A DNA stretch of 620 nt. Source: a phage. A program made the translations under genes and the position numbers. The notes beneath the pieces are model-generated. The model was not told the DNA's origin and did no database searches. It was given only the letters and a program-made list of their open reading frames with translations. The stretch lies in the sequence record DQ006826.1; one strand, 5' to 3'. This document shows positions 1-620 of the stretch, one piece after another; within the stretch, counting starts at the first letter, position 1; every line of letters starts with the position of its first letter.

Positions 1-25
1 AGTAGCAACCATTACTGGAGGCAAC
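1..25 (+). other. 3' portion of the phage 5' untranslated leader, truncated by the window edge
   Basis: Frame 2 is open from position 2 but has no ATG/GTG/TTG before 26, and homology to the A2 N-terminus begins exactly at Met26. In Qbeta the leader is about 60 nt (from memory), so the genome 5' terminus would lie roughly 35 nt upstream of the window. Confidence 0.6.
17..21 (+). promoter_or_regulatory. Shine-Dalgarno-like GGAGG ribosome-binding site for the A2 start codon
   Basis: GGAGG at 17-21, then a 4-nt spacer (CAAC), then ATG at 26-28. The arrangement resembles the purine-rich AGAGGA-CAU-AUG I recall upstream of Qbeta A2. The spacer is on the short side but workable. Confidence 0.55.
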
Positions 26-620
26 ATGCCACGTTTACCTAGGGGACTTCGATTCGGAGCGAATATGGAGGTCTTAAACGACTTCCAGGAACTCTGGTAT
101 CCAGAGTCCCACATCGATTCCGATATGATCTTCCCTTTGTATACCTTCAAAGGTAACATGGGTGGTTCGTTTTTCGATTCCTACGGCACAAATAATATTG
201 TCCGTCAGGTCCGGAAGACGCCACACCGTGCTACAGTTCCTATAGCCTCTTCTGGCTTAAGGCCCTGTACCTCTGTATGGTATGACCCAGCCAGCCTGCT
301 TTTCAGAATTCCTGAAATGAGGGCTGAGTGGGACAATGGCATGGGTGACACTGGAGATATTGTCTATAAAGACTTTCTCTTCAGTGCGCCGGCACCTAAG
401 GAGTTCGATTTCTCCAATTCCTTAGCGCCACGCTACAGTAATGCCTTTTCCGCCTTTAACGCCAAGTATGGCGTCATTATCGGAGAAGGGCACGAAACAC
501 TTAAGTATTTCGCGCTATTACTTCGCAGACTACATAAAGCAGTCCGTGCCGTTCGGCACGGAGATTTACGTGGTCTCCGGAGGATCCTTGACTCTTACCA
601 TAAGGGTCATTGGAAACCTG
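26..620 (+). CDS. A2: Maturation (A2) protein of a Qbeta-like ssRNA phage, N-terminal 198 codons; in Qbeta this protein is also the single-gene lysis protein that inhibits MurA. Partial, continues past the 3' window edge.
   Basis: Uninterrupted frame from ATG 26 to the end of the window; frame 1 has about 15 stops and frame 3 has 7 before position 426. Translation: MPRLPRGLRFGANMEVLNDFQELWYPESHIDSDMIFPLYTFKGNMGGSFFDSYGTNNIVRQVRKTPHRATVPIASSGLRPCTSVWYDPASLLFRIPEMRAEWDNGMGDTGDIVYKDFLFSAPAPKEFDFSNSLAPRYSNAFSAFNAKYGVIIGEGHETLKYFALLLRRLHKAVRAVRHGDLRGLRRILDSYHKGHWKP. This is collinear with the recalled Qbeta A2 N-terminus (MPKLPRGLRFGA...RQVRRTPHRVTVPIASSGLRP...APKEFDFSNSL...FSAFNAKYG...LLLRRL...SYHNGKWKP), with roughly 60% identity by eye and one 1-residue indel. 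No database search was run. Confidence 0.9.
   Translation, partial: MPRLPRGLRFGANMEVLNDFQELWYPESHIDSDMIFPLYTFKGNMGGSFFDSYGTNNIVRQVRKTPHRATVPIASSGLRPCTSVWYDPASLLFRIPEMRAEWDNGMGDTGDIVYKDFLFSAPAPKEFDFSNSLAPRYSNAFSAFNAKYGVIIGEGHETLKYFALLLRRLHKAVRAVRHGDLRGLRRILDSYHKGHWKP
88..110 (+). other. Predicted RNA hairpin within the A2 coding region: 7-bp perfect stem 91-97/101-107 (ACUCUGG/CCAGAGU) with UAU loop 98-100, extendable by G88-C110 and G89-C109 across an A90/C108 mismatch
   Basis: Inverted repeat read directly from the sequence. The homologous Qbeta segment (GAGCUCUGG UUU CCAGACCU, from memory) can form the same stem with a different loop. Confidence 0.4.
543..562 (+). other. Predicted RNA hairpin within the A2 coding region: 8-bp perfect stem 543-550/555-562 (UCCGUGCC/GGCACGGA) with GUUC tetraloop 551-554
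   Basis: Perfect inverted repeat read directly from the sequence. The codon-aligned Qbeta segment (ACCGCGCU GUUA AGCGUGGC, from memory) forms a stem in the same register with different base pairs, which is covariation. Confidence 0.5.

Noticed and set aside
2-25. Possible upstream extension of the A2 ORF (frame 2 is open from the window start)
   Set aside because: No ATG, GTG or TTG in frame before 26; a GGAGG site sits 4 nt upstream of ATG 26; homology to the A2 N-terminus begins at Met26.
25-343. Possible long-range pairing of the start-codon region CAUGCC (25-30) with GGCAUG (338-343) that could mask A2 initiation
   Set aside because: Only 6 nt of complementarity, which is near chance for a 620-nt window; it cannot be supported without comparative or probing data.
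398-403. Internal Shine-Dalgarno-like AAGGAG
   Set aside because: No start codon within 5-12 nt downstream; the hexamer simply encodes the conserved Lys-Glu of the PKEFDFSNSL motif.
336-425. Short frame-3 ORF (ATG 336 to TAG 423-425, 29 codons)
   Set aside because: Too short, no ribosome-binding site, and no recognisable features; consistent with a random open stretch.
306-587. Palindromic hexamers: GAATTC (306-311), GGATCC (582-587), TCCGGA (210-215), CTCCGGAG (575-582)
   Set aside because: Restriction-site-like palindromes at chance frequency. There is no flanking vector-like sequence, and they have no biological meaning in an RNA genome.
1-620. Reverse-strand coding potential
   Set aside because: Scanning for reverse-strand stops (TTA/CTA/TCA on the plus strand) gives open stretches of at most about 60 codons in any reverse frame. 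The plus strand has a fully open, homology-supported frame, and minus strands of ssRNA phages are not translated.

Overview
The whole window is the 5' region of a Qbeta-like positive-sense ssRNA coliphage genome (Allolevivirus/Qubevirus, Fiersviridae), presented as DNA. Plus-strand frame 2 (codon positions 2,5,8...) has no stop codon anywhere in the 620 nt. From ATG at 26-28 it encodes 198 codons whose translation (MPRLPRGLRFGA ... RQVRKTPHRATVPIASSGLRP ... PKEFDFSNSL ... FSAFNAKYG ... LLLRRL ... SYHKGHWKP) is collinear with the N-terminal third of the Qbeta maturation/lysis protein A2, as I recall that sequence. Positions 1-25 are the 3' end of the untranslated leader, with a GGAGG ribosome-binding site at 17-21. 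The CDS runs off the 3' edge of the window. I see no tRNA, rRNA, CRISPR, mobile element or DNA promoter, and none is expected in an RNA phage. I do not find a previously undescribed system here: this is a diverged member of a well-known family. The points worth a second look are two RNA hairpins in the coding region that appear to be kept by compensatory changes relative to Qbeta, the divergent N-terminal segment of A2, and two low-priority sequence oddities. All comparisons to Qbeta are from memory and need confirmation by alignment.
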